Under the pieces are notes generated by a model, which saw nothing but the letters and a program-made list of their open reading frames with translations, was not told the origin of the DNA and did no database searches. The translations under genes and the position numbers were made by a program. This document shows, piece by piece, positions 17,232 through 24,949 of a DNA stretch of 42,715 bases (positions are counted from its first letter, which is position 1; each line of letters starts with the position of its first letter). Origin of the DNA: a virus (lineage: Duplodnaviria > Caudoviricetes); IMG/VR virus record IMGVR_UViG_3300024283_000302, positions 1-42,715 of that record. One strand, written 5' to 3'.

Positions 17232-17309
17232 TGGTGCAGCACGTAGGAATCGAACCTACACTGAACGGGATTTGAAGCCGTTGCCTCTGCCAGATTGGGC
17301 TAGTGCTGC
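17232..17309 (-). tRNA. trnL: tRNA-Leu(CAA), short variable loop
   Basis: Acceptor GCAGCAC/GTGCTGC, arm ACGGC-TTCAAAT-CCCGT, T-loop TTCGATT, ACCA; 78 nt. Confidence 0.88.
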
Positions 17310-17347
17310 GGAGAAATTATAGGAGTCGTAATCGCGGAAGAACTCTG

Positions 17348-17419
17348 TGGGGGAGGAGCGAATCGAACGCTCGTGAACTTGTTCCCAAGACAAGTGGGCG
17401 GCCACTACCCGACACCCCC
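17348..17419 (-). tRNA. trnP: tRNA-Pro(UGG), no encoded CCA
   Basis: Acceptor GGGGGTG/CTCCCCC (one T-T mismatch), arm CTTGT-CTTGGGA-ACAAG, T-arm GAGCG-TTCGATT-CGCTC. Confidence 0.8.
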
Positions 17420-17500
17420 ACACAATTCTCCAGCGGAGAAAGTGTGGGTCGCGGTCGGGTTGGGGAGAGCAAGCGCATGGTTGGTACTCGGTACAGAACT

Positions 17501-17530
17501 ACGGTATCACAAAGACGAGCCGGTTGTCAA
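17501..17530 (-). promoter_or_regulatory. Promoter for tRNA cluster
   Basis: TTGACA-N18-TACCGT about 80 nt upstream of tRNA-Pro. Confidence 0.6.
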
Positions 17531-17537
17531 GTGGCGT

Positions 17538-17729
17538 TTACCAGAGGACTTTGGCGGCGAATTTCGCCGATTTCACAACGGCGTGCTCGGACGCTTTTGC
17601 GGCCTTCACACTGGCGTGTGCAGCGGGCTTAACCGCGTGCTTGAACGCGAACCTCGCAACCCCGGCGTGGGCCGGGACGAACGCGAGAACGGAGAACACA
17701 ACGACGAGAACGACGGCAAACTTACGCAT
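17538..17729 (-). CDS. Secreted cationic amphipathic peptide
   Basis: AGGAG RBS; 22-aa signal peptide ending AHA; 41-aa mature part with 7 Lys, 1 Arg, 1 Glu. Confidence 0.75.
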   Translation of the reverse strand: MRKFAVVLVVVFSVLAFVPAHAGVARFAFKHAVKPAAHASVKAAKASEHAVVKSAKFAAKVLW

Positions 17730-17812
17730 GATGACGACTCCTAACGCGGCTCCTCCGCCCGAGCCTAAACCCGAACGGAGGAGGAGAGATGCTAATTTAA
17801 TTCTACTACACG

Positions 17813-17839
17813 AAAAAGGAGGAGCCCGAAGGCTCCCCC
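17813..17839 (-). terminator. Intrinsic terminator after major capsid gene
   Basis: GGGGAGCC-TTCG-GGCTCCTCC-TTTTT on minus strand. Confidence 0.85.
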
Positions 17840-17841
17840 GA

Positions 17842-17911
17842 AGTTGCCGTGATGCCGTCCGCTTAGATACCGAACGCGCCGGCGGTCACAGTTGCCGTGA
17901 TGCCGTCCGCT
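17842..17911. repeat. 22-bp perfect direct repeat straddling capsid stop codon
   Basis: AGTTGCCGTGATGCCGTCCGCT at 17842-17863 and 17890-17911. Confidence 0.95.
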
Positions 17912-19140
17912 CTGGAACACGAAACTGGCATATCGTTGAAGAAATTCTCCCTCAGACGATACCGCGCTTCATACTGGTCGGTGTTCGCGGCACGGAGAAA
18001 TACCGTTCCGTCGTTCTTCGCCCAGCCGCTCTCGCCCAGTTCGTAACGTTCCAGGTGACCCTCGCTCAAGAAGAACAGAGTGCCGTACGCTGCGTCGCGG
18101 TCCGCCGTCCCATCAATCCCCGCGAAACCCCAGTTGTCGTTGCCCGCCGGACCCGCCTGGAAAGTGGAACCTTTGTTGCCTTGCTGGACGTTGTAGCGTT
18201 TGTCCTGCTCGGTCAACTTCCAGACCTCGCGCTTAATGCTGTGATGCCCGTACAACGCCTTCACCTTCTCGCCGCTCACTTCTTCGTTGTTGTCGATGAT
18301 ACGGTTCAAAAGATCGGGGTTCAGTGCGCCGACCGACGTAAGAACGTTCGACTGGAAAAACGCGTTCGCAGCGAGCGAACGGTTGATGGAGAAGATGTTC
18401 GAGGCGTAGGTCGTGGCGTCCACCAGAGCCAACAAACCGTACGGCTCCAAGTTGAACGATGACTCGCCCGGCGCCACCGCGTTCGAACCGAACGACACTA
18501 AATCGCCGGTCGTAGTGTTGACCGCCGAATCCAACACAACTGTGGTGGACGTGACGGAAGTGACCTTCTGGACGCCGCGGAGAATCGCGCCGGTTGAATC
18601 CGTGAACGCGAGAATATCTCCCACTTTCACGAACCGTCCGACGTTGGTTGTGCCCACGACGTTGCCCGGATCCTTGAGGGTCTGCGTGGCGGAGTTCGCG
18701 CCGCTCGAAATCACGGCCAATGTGCCCTGGCCAAAGTAGTTCAAACCACGATTGCGCTGGCGGGAGATGTCTTTTACAAGACCGTCCTGCTCCAGCTTGA
18801 TCGCGGAAATAAACGCGCCTTTGTCTGTGGCGGTCGCGTCCATAATATCGGCCGAAATCTGAATATGCCCCATCCACTTGCGAATGGGGATTTTGGCGTC
18901 CGTGGTTCCCTGGTTGCCGGCACTGGGAATCTGCCCAGTGTCGATCGCGATCGCCTTCACGCCGGAGTTACGAGCGTTGTGCAGCGGCACGACGACTTCG
19001 TTGCCTTCCCACTTTTTATCGGACATATCGCCATTGACGAAATACTTCAATGCCGGAGTCTTTTGGTTGATTTGCTCGCGCAGCGGCCCTTCGTAGACTT
19101 CTTTAAGAATAGCCCCAGCGACGCTGGTATCAAAGCCCAT
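17863..19140 (-). CDS. Major capsid protein (HK97 fold, with beta insertion)
   Basis: 425 aa; ILKEVY...EQIN, EPYGLLALV and YEARY patterns; follows scaffold; strong terminator. Confidence 0.88.
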   Translation of the reverse strand: MGFDTSVAGAILKEVYEGPLREQINQKTPALKYFVNGDMSDKKWEGNEVVVPLHNARNSGVKAIAIDTGQIPSAGNQGTTDAKIPIRKWMGHIQISADIMDATATDKGAFISAIKLEQDGLVKDISRQRNRGLNYFGQGTLAVISSGANSATQTLKDPGNVVGTTNVGRFVKVGDILAFTDSTGAILRGVQKVTSVTSTTVVLDSAVNTTTGDLVSFGSNAVAPGESSFNLEPYGLLALVDATTYASNIFSINRSLAANAFFQSNVLTSVGALNPDLLNRIIDNNEEVSGEKVKALYGHHSIKREVWKLTEQDKRYNVQQGNKGSTFQAGPAGNDNWGFAGIDGTADRDAAYGTLFFLSEGHLERYELGESGWAKNDGTVFLRAANTDQYEARYRLRENFFNDMPVSCSRADGITATVTAGAFGI

Positions 19141-19190
19141 GATTTCACTTTTCCATTTCTTCGTTGGTACTCGCCGAACGCGCCCGTGCG

Positions 19191-20156
19191 CTAACCCTGC
19201 TCGGCCATAATCTCATCAATCCGGTCCATCGCGGCCTTGGTGAGTTTCGGGTCCTTGAGGCCGGAGAATTTAGCCGGCTGTTTATCCGACTGCTGCTCCC
19301 GTCCCGTTCCCTGTGCCGGCAGTGTCCGCGCCGTTCGCGCTGCGAGTTGTGCCTTGGTCTTGACGGTCGTGACGTTCGCGGATTTGAATGAGGCGCCGGG
19401 TTTTACGGAGGGCAGAGCGAACTCCGCCGCTTCTTTGATGATGGATTGCTGTTCCGCGCGGTTGCCCGAGCGTACGGCGTTCCACCACCGTCCCAATGTC
19501 TCTTCGTCCCCGTCCACATACGCCTGGATCCTACCCGTTAAGCGTTTAAGTTCGCCGTCGGTTAACGACAACTTCGCATCGCTCAACTGCTTGTCCAGCC
19601 ATTCCCGTCCAGTGCGGATCGCATCGTTGTTCGCGGACTCCAGTTGTTTCTCCGGAGCCCCTTTCAACTCTGCCATCTCGGCTTGCAGCTTCTCAAGCTC
19701 GGTCTTCGAAACAAACCCATGTTTCTCGGCCTGTTCCTTGTACCACTTGTCCGCCGCCTTAATCGCCTTGATTTCCTCCGCCGACTTACCCTCGAACCGA
19801 GGGTCTTCGTCGCCACCCGAAGAAGTATTCTTCGTTTTGGCCGCCGCCGCGGCTTTCTCCGCCCGCGCCGCCACCAACTCCTCGAAAAGCGATTTGATTA
19901 CCTCGGGGGACGCATTGCCCTTGCCCACGTAGCTCTCAACCAGCGTTTTCATTCCCGAAAGCGAAGTGATCGTTTTCTGGGCTTCGACGAAGCCTGCTTT
20001 CGCTTCATCCGGAGTCTTGTAAATGGTGCGTTCGTTTACTTGCAGAAACGGTTGGTCGTTTGCGCCGTCGTTCGCGCCCCCGGCCCCCGCAGCGTTATCG
20101 ACCTGCGAGCCGTCGTCCACGTTCTCTTGAGTAGCAAGATTCGTGTTGTCGTCCAC
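19191..20156 (-). CDS. Capsid scaffolding protein
   Basis: Acidic disordered N-terminus, YKTPDEAKAG, long helices; immediately upstream of MCP. Confidence 0.75.
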   Translation of the reverse strand: MDDNTNLATQENVDDGSQVDNAAGAGGANDGANDQPFLQVNERTIYKTPDEAKAGFVEAQKTITSLSGMKTLVESYVGKGNASPEVIKSLFEELVAARAEKAAAAAKTKNTSSGGDEDPRFEGKSAEEIKAIKAADKWYKEQAEKHGFVSKTELEKLQAEMAELKGAPEKQLESANNDAIRTGREWLDKQLSDAKLSLTDGELKRLTGRIQAYVDGDEETLGRWWNAVRSGNRAEQQSIIKEAAEFALPSVKPGASFKSANVTTVKTKAQLAARTARTLPAQGTGREQQSDKQPAKFSGLKDPKLTKAAMDRIDEIMAEQG

Positions 20157-20284
20157 TTTTCACTTCTTTTCCACGCTGGAGTAACCAGCGTTTTGAGATA
20201 GGGGAACTACGCGTTGCCGCGCGTCCCCCGAACTTTAATAAGGCCGTCCGGTATTAAAGAAACGGCCCGAAAACTTTAATACCC

Positions 20285-20734
20285 CTAAGCGGCGTCGCTC
20301 GTCTGCGAAACCGAATCGCGATCGTACGCCGAGAACGAGGATGCGCGGGAACGCCGGATCGTGACATGCACGACCAAATTCAACCCCGGCGTCCCGTGGA
20401 CCGCAGTGTTCTGAATCGTCAAAATATCGCCCTTCGCCACACTGAGCGGCGATGCGGTCAAAGCCGAATACCCGTTGGCATCGACCGTCGGGGACTTCGA
20501 AGTCGCGGCGAACGTGATCTTCGGAGAATTCGCGAAGATCGAGGTTCCGTTCAGTTTGATATCGGTGATTTGCGTGCCGCTTACGGTCCCCGCCGTTCCC
20601 AACCGGGCGAGAATCCCGCGAATCGTGCCGGGAAACGGCACCATATTCGCCTGGAGATTGTCGGCGACGGTCTGGGTGCCGGGAACGGAGAACTCAAGTA
20701 CGTACTCGTTAACGTCGTGCATTACGATGGCCAT
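20285..20734 (-). CDS. Beta-sandwich virion protein (head decoration-like)
   Basis: AGGAGG RBS; VPFPGTI...DIKLNGTSIF...VAKGDILTI pattern. Confidence 0.6.
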   Translation of the reverse strand: MAIVMHDVNEYVLEFSVPGTQTVADNLQANMVPFPGTIRGILARLGTAGTVSGTQITDIKLNGTSIFANSPKITFAATSKSPTVDANGYSALTASPLSVAKGDILTIQNTAVHGTPGLNLVVHVTIRRSRASSFSAYDRDSVSQTSDAA

Positions 20735-20833
20735 TTTATTCTGGGCCTCCTGTAATTAGTGTATCGCACGGAGCACGAACGGGGAGAAATGTCAAGTTTT
20801 TTGTCGGAAAACTCGTATTAAAATTCTGCCCCC

Positions 20834-20862
20834 TTGACTTCCGCTCGCAAACCTGTGACAAT
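20834..20862 (+). promoter_or_regulatory. Promoter of moron 20914-21219
   Basis: TTGACT-N17-GACAAT. Confidence 0.55.
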
Positions 20863-20913
20863 TCTCCCAACCGCGAGAGCGGAAAATTCAGAAGAAGAAA
20901 AGAGAAGAAGAAC

Positions 20914-21219
20914 ATGTTTACAGTGAAACTCGTAAGACAAACACAAGCGGCGGCTCCCAGCACAATCAAATTAGTGGAAGCCGAAACAATTAGCATCTAT
21001 GCTGCGGGGAAGCCAGAACCAGCGCGGGAACCGGGCGATAAAAGTCCGCTTCCATGCACTAACAAAGTGCGGGCCATTACGATTGAATTGAATGGAAAAA
21101 CGCAAACCTTTCACGTTGGTGATGATGAATCCGCAATCACAGGAGACGTAGACCTCTATCACTGCGCATACATCGAGAATTCCAACGGCGCAACAACGGA
21201 GCGTGTCTACGGGTATTAA
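20914..21219 (+). CDS. Hypothetical moron protein
   Basis: MFTVKL...AYIENSNGATTERV; own promoter and terminator, opposite strand to head genes. Confidence 0.7.
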   Translation: MFTVKLVRQTQAAAPSTIKLVEAETISIYAAGKPEPAREPGDKSPLPCTNKVRAITIELNGKTQTFHVGDDESAITGDVDLYHCAYIENSNGATTERVYGY

Positions 21220-21233
21220 CACACGGGAGTGCT

Positions 21234-21261
21234 AAACCCGCTGAGTGTGACAGCGGGTTTT
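21234..21261. terminator. Hairpin terminator between convergent genes
   Basis: AAACCCGCTG-AGTGTGA-CAGCGGGTTT. Confidence 0.65.
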
Positions 21262-21640
21262 ACTTCGCCATTTTCTTCAAACCCGAACTCTTCACCGGCA
21301 TCTTCCGCAAATCGCTCGGTAATTCCGTCCCCGACCGCATATTCCTCGGCGTGGCGTCAACAACCTCATCCGCGTACCCAATTCCCAAATCCGGCTTCAA
21401 ATTTCCCACAACGCGATTAACCTCCTCGTTCATAAACGCACGGTCATGCGGAGCCAATCCCGTGCCATCATCGGGAACCAACGGCGCTAGTTTCGGCGGA
21501 ATGTACGAAGCGGCCCAGTTGAAATACGGATTGTCTTTCGGGCTCGGAGGATGGCCGAAAATCGCTTTCTTAAATCCCTCCGTCGTGGGGGCGGGGCGGA
21601 AATCACCATCGAGAGGATCGATTATAGGCTTGGAGGACAT
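21260..21640 (-). CDS. Hypothetical head-module protein ending SSGLKKMAK
   Basis: 126 aa ORF in operon. Confidence 0.65.
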   Translation of the reverse strand: MSSKPIIDPLDGDFRPAPTTEGFKKAIFGHPPSPKDNPYFNWAASYIPPKLAPLVPDDGTGLAPHDRAFMNEEVNRVVGNLKPDLGIGYADEVVDATPRNMRSGTELPSDLRKMPVKSSGLKKMAK

Positions 21641-21683
21641 TCGTTCGAATCTTTCTTAAAAAGTAGAACTCAGCGTGTTGCGG

Positions 21684-21902
21684 CTACATCTTCCCCAAAC
21701 CAGAAGATTTCTGCCCAATACCAGGGAACTTGCGGTGGACGGCGGCGTCAACTTTCGCCTTCACGTCCCCGCCTTGGGCGGAGGCGCGGCTCAACGCGTT
21801 CCGGGCGTGAGACTCATCTTCGATCGGAAATTTGCGCTCGGCGGGAAACACGAACGATTTCTTCGGGAGCGCGTTGCGGGTTGCGGCATCGAGTTTCGCC
21901 AC
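21684..21902 (-). CDS. DUF6582-like small head-module protein
   Basis: GTG 21902; AKLDAATRNALPKKSFVFPAERKFPIEDESHARNALSR. Confidence 0.7.
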   Translation of the reverse strand: MAKLDAATRNALPKKSFVFPAERKFPIEDESHARNALSRASAQGGDVKAKVDAAVHRKFPGIGQKSSGLGKM

Positions 21903-21903
21903 G

Positions 21904-22107
21904 TTACATCCCGTCCTTATCGGTGTCGCGCATTTTCGCCAACCCACTCGTTTTCGGTTTCTTCGCGTTGTGCTTCGCTTCCATCTCGCGACCGAGCGGT
22001 GTCTCAACATTCCCCCGCATTGCGCCGATGGAATTCATCACTTTAAAAGGCGCGGCTTTGTCGCCAGGATATTCTTTTTTTAACTTCGACTCTAAGAAAG
22101 CGGGCAT
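21904..22107 (-). CDS. Small basic head-module protein
   Basis: AGGAG RBS; MPAFLESKLKKEY...KVMNSIGAMRGNVET. Confidence 0.7.
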   Translation of the reverse strand: MPAFLESKLKKEYPGDKAAPFKVMNSIGAMRGNVETPLGREMEAKHNAKKPKTSGLAKMRDTDKDGM

Positions 22108-22135
22108 GTGCGAAACTCCTATTTCTAATTTTACC

Positions 22136-24586
22136 CTACTGCCCCGGCTCGACCGCGCCGGCCAAATCCGCCGGTTGTGCCGGAGATTGCGTCAAAACTT
22201 GTTGTGCTCTCGCGTCCGCTGCCCTTGCCTGGTTCGGTCCGGCTCCAGTTGTACCCTTTTTGGGTGCGCGTGACCCCACTTGGTTCCCCGCGGTCGCACC
22301 GGGTTGCGAGGGCGGTTGCATCGTGCTCTGGGCTCCCTGCGCTGCCGCAGCGACTCCCCCGCCCGTCAAATCCACCGTTCCCGGCGCATCGGGGTTCACC
22401 TGCATCTGGGCGAGCAGGCCGCGGCGCGCGCCTTCATCCACAAAGTGCGCCTGAATGTGGGCCATCCAGAGTTCTTGTAGTTGTGGGTCGAGGGCCATGA
22501 ACTCATCAGTGTTCCCGAACTTCACGTGCTCGCGAATGTGAATCATCGAGTTGTGGATGAGCGGAAGGAGTTTCGGTGGCGTTCCGGTCTTCAAAAACTC
22601 GCTCTGCTCAATCTTCGCCCGGCGGGTGTGGTCGTCCGAAGACGGCAACATCGACATTTTGCCGAATTTCCGCAGCACTTCCAACGCCTGCTCGGGATCC
22701 TGCGGGTTGATAATCCCGCCTTGGATCAACTGTTCGATTTCCGCGCGCTCCGTCGCCTCGCTCTGCGGGAACAAACTTTGATAATCGATGTCCATCACCA
22801 CGCCGCCCTGCAAATCGGCGTTCGTGAACGACGACACCTCGAATTCCTTGTTCTTGCCCGCGGCGATCAAAATCCGGTTATCGGTCCAATGCTTCCGGGC
22901 GATTTCGAGCGTCATTTTGTCGAGTTCGAGAAACATCTTGGCCCACTCACGCACCATCGGCCCGATCGCCTTCTTAGCGCGTTGGTCGAGGAGCGCGAGA
23001 CCGGACGCCGCTGTGACGCCTTGAGGAGCTTCGCCGCCTTGCAGAAAGTACGTCCCGGTCGCCCGTTCAATCTGGTCGTCGATTTGCTTCAGCGTTTCGA
23101 TCAAGTACTGGAGATATTGAAGCTGCGGAACCACCCGTTCGGGTTTCGCAATCGTCGTCCCCCCAACCGCGAACGGATTGTAATTGCAAATCCAACCCGC
23201 CTCGCCGTTAAAGAGATCGACTCCCGACCCTTTGGGATTCATCCAAATCGAATTCGCCATCCGCCGAATTTCCATATCAATCGCGCGTTCAACGCGGTTG
23301 CGGAAGTGCTGGAGCGGAACGGCGTCATCGAGAGGAGAGGAGCCTAGCAAACGACCGGACTGCAAAATCGCCCGCCCGTGAACGAGCGGTAGAAACTTCT
23401 GGCCTTTACGAATCCCCACTCCGTACTCAGTATCGAGCGGGTCGATGTCGATTACGTTGTCCTCGCTCTTGCCGATTCGCTTCGCACACAACCCCTCGGG
23501 ATAATCTTCGTTCGGCAACATGAATAGTGTGTAAGCGGTGACTTTCGGAACCTTGCTCGAACCCTGCGCCGTGTTCCCAAAGCCGCTCTGCGGATTAAAC
23601 TGGTCGCTCAAAGACGCGATCACGTCCAAATAATGCTGCGACAACGCGTTCCCATCGTCCCCCGTCTCCTCGTCCCCACCCGAATACTTAAACTTCTCCT
23701 TCGCGTACGACACGTCATAGCGTTGGATGCGAATCCACCACGTCCAGAGACGAGAGTCGCGGATGCGATAATCCCCCCGGACTTCGAACATTGATAACAC
23801 GTCTACACACAACGCGCCGATGGGAAGGAGTTCGGTCTCGGCGGATTGCTGGAGCGGTGAAGGCGGATTCCCGTTCTGCCCGTTCTCTAAATCCGGCCCG
23901 CACGTCGGACACATCGGATTCTGGTCGTCAACGTCGTGCTCGGCGAGGTCGTCGGCACCATACGTCTCCCCGCACTGCGCGCACTCGTGCTTCGATGTCT
24001 CCACCGTCCCGTATTTCTCATCGTAATCGTAATACGGATAGAGAAAAACGTTCCCCGTGTCAATGAACCACCCGGCGATTTCGGACTCTTTACCGTCCAG
24101 CGACGCTTCCGTGTAGACGACATCTCTCACTCGTTCGCCAATCTCCGCTGTCGCGTGCGCTTCGTCGTCATCGGTCGCGGGCAAATGCTTGATCGGCACC
24201 CGGCCCTGTGCGACTGCGGAAATCAAATCGTTGCGTTTCTCGCGGAACTTATTCGTTTGCGTCCGGGGGAAGTATTTCGGGATATTCCGCAACTTCACCT
24301 GGCCCTGCAACTTAATAATATCGTGCTGTCCCGCGATTAGGCACAAATTTCTGAACGCCGCCCACTCGAACGCCGAGCGCGTCGATTCGTTCACCTTCAA
24401 GAATTTATCGATAAGCCCGGAAATCTTCTCGCGGTTCGCGGGGATGTTGGTGTCGTACGGGTTCGGCGCGGTCGGTTCCGCATCTCCCTGCGTCCGTTCC
24501 TGCCCGGGCGGGAGTTTATCGAAACTCGCCCCGGTCCCGCCGTCCCCCATCGCCCTCGCGACAATACTCTCCAACCCCGTCGCCAT
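22136..24586 (-). CDS. Portal protein (P22-like) with Zn-ribbon insertion
   Basis: 816 aa downstream of TerL; PLQHFRNR, ATGTYFLQG...AASGLALL, HIREH...HIQAH and Gln/Pro-rich tail. Confidence 0.9.
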   Translation of the reverse strand: MATGLESIVARAMGDGGTGASFDKLPPGQERTQGDAEPTAPNPYDTNIPANREKISGLIDKFLKVNESTRSAFEWAAFRNLCLIAGQHDIIKLQGQVKLRNIPKYFPRTQTNKFREKRNDLISAVAQGRVPIKHLPATDDDEAHATAEIGERVRDVVYTEASLDGKESEIAGWFIDTGNVFLYPYYDYDEKYGTVETSKHECAQCGETYGADDLAEHDVDDQNPMCPTCGPDLENGQNGNPPSPLQQSAETELLPIGALCVDVLSMFEVRGDYRIRDSRLWTWWIRIQRYDVSYAKEKFKYSGGDEETGDDGNALSQHYLDVIASLSDQFNPQSGFGNTAQGSSKVPKVTAYTLFMLPNEDYPEGLCAKRIGKSEDNVIDIDPLDTEYGVGIRKGQKFLPLVHGRAILQSGRLLGSSPLDDAVPLQHFRNRVERAIDMEIRRMANSIWMNPKGSGVDLFNGEAGWICNYNPFAVGGTTIAKPERVVPQLQYLQYLIETLKQIDDQIERATGTYFLQGGEAPQGVTAASGLALLDQRAKKAIGPMVREWAKMFLELDKMTLEIARKHWTDNRILIAAGKNKEFEVSSFTNADLQGGVVMDIDYQSLFPQSEATERAEIEQLIQGGIINPQDPEQALEVLRKFGKMSMLPSSDDHTRRAKIEQSEFLKTGTPPKLLPLIHNSMIHIREHVKFGNTDEFMALDPQLQELWMAHIQAHFVDEGARRGLLAQMQVNPDAPGTVDLTGGGVAAAAQGAQSTMQPPSQPGATAGNQVGSRAPKKGTTGAGPNQARAADARAQQVLTQSPAQPADLAGAVEPGQ

Positions 24587-24921
24587 TATTTCACTCCCAG
24601 CGCCGCAGCGGCTTTCGGTTCAATCTTGATCTTCTCGTCCACAATAAACTCGCTTGCGTCATCTTCCTCAAACGCGCCCATTTCGGACATTCTCCGTTGC
24701 ACTTCCGCGGCCATTTCCTTCGCGGTTACGCGCGCCTCGGCCATCCCCACTGTGCTCACCGGAGGCCGGCCCTCGATCTCGAACACCCGGTCGCCGATGC
24801 GGTCCGCGCGAGTCTTCTCTTCCTCAAACTTCCCGCGCCAGTAGTCCACTTCCCGGCGCAAATGCTCGGTCACGGACGCGTCCCGTAGCAAAATCTCGTA
24901 TTTCGCTCTCTTTATCCACAT
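24586..24921 (-). CDS. Coiled-coil protein between terminase and portal
   Basis: 111 aa helical ORF; stop overlaps portal start. Confidence 0.65.
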   Translation of the reverse strand: MWIKRAKYEILLRDASVTEHLRREVDYWRGKFEEEKTRADRIGDRVFEIEGRPPVSTVGMAEARVTAKEMAAEVQRRMSEMGAFEEDDASEFIVDEKIKIEPKAAAALGVK

Positions 24922-24949
24922 AATCTACCCTTAGTTTACGCGACCGGCA

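Noticed and set aside
17074-17309. Suppressor readings (UUA or UCA anticodons) and genetic-code reassignment
   Set aside because: Stem register centres UAA, UAG and CAA in 7-nt loops; core genes are intact in the standard code and TAA, TAG and TGA all end genes
17524-18462. Long + strand ORFs opposite structural genes (also 13524-14408, 19237-19932, 22481-23347, 27188-27739)
   Set aside because: Antisense shadows of GC-rich coding sequence, with no RBS or motif support
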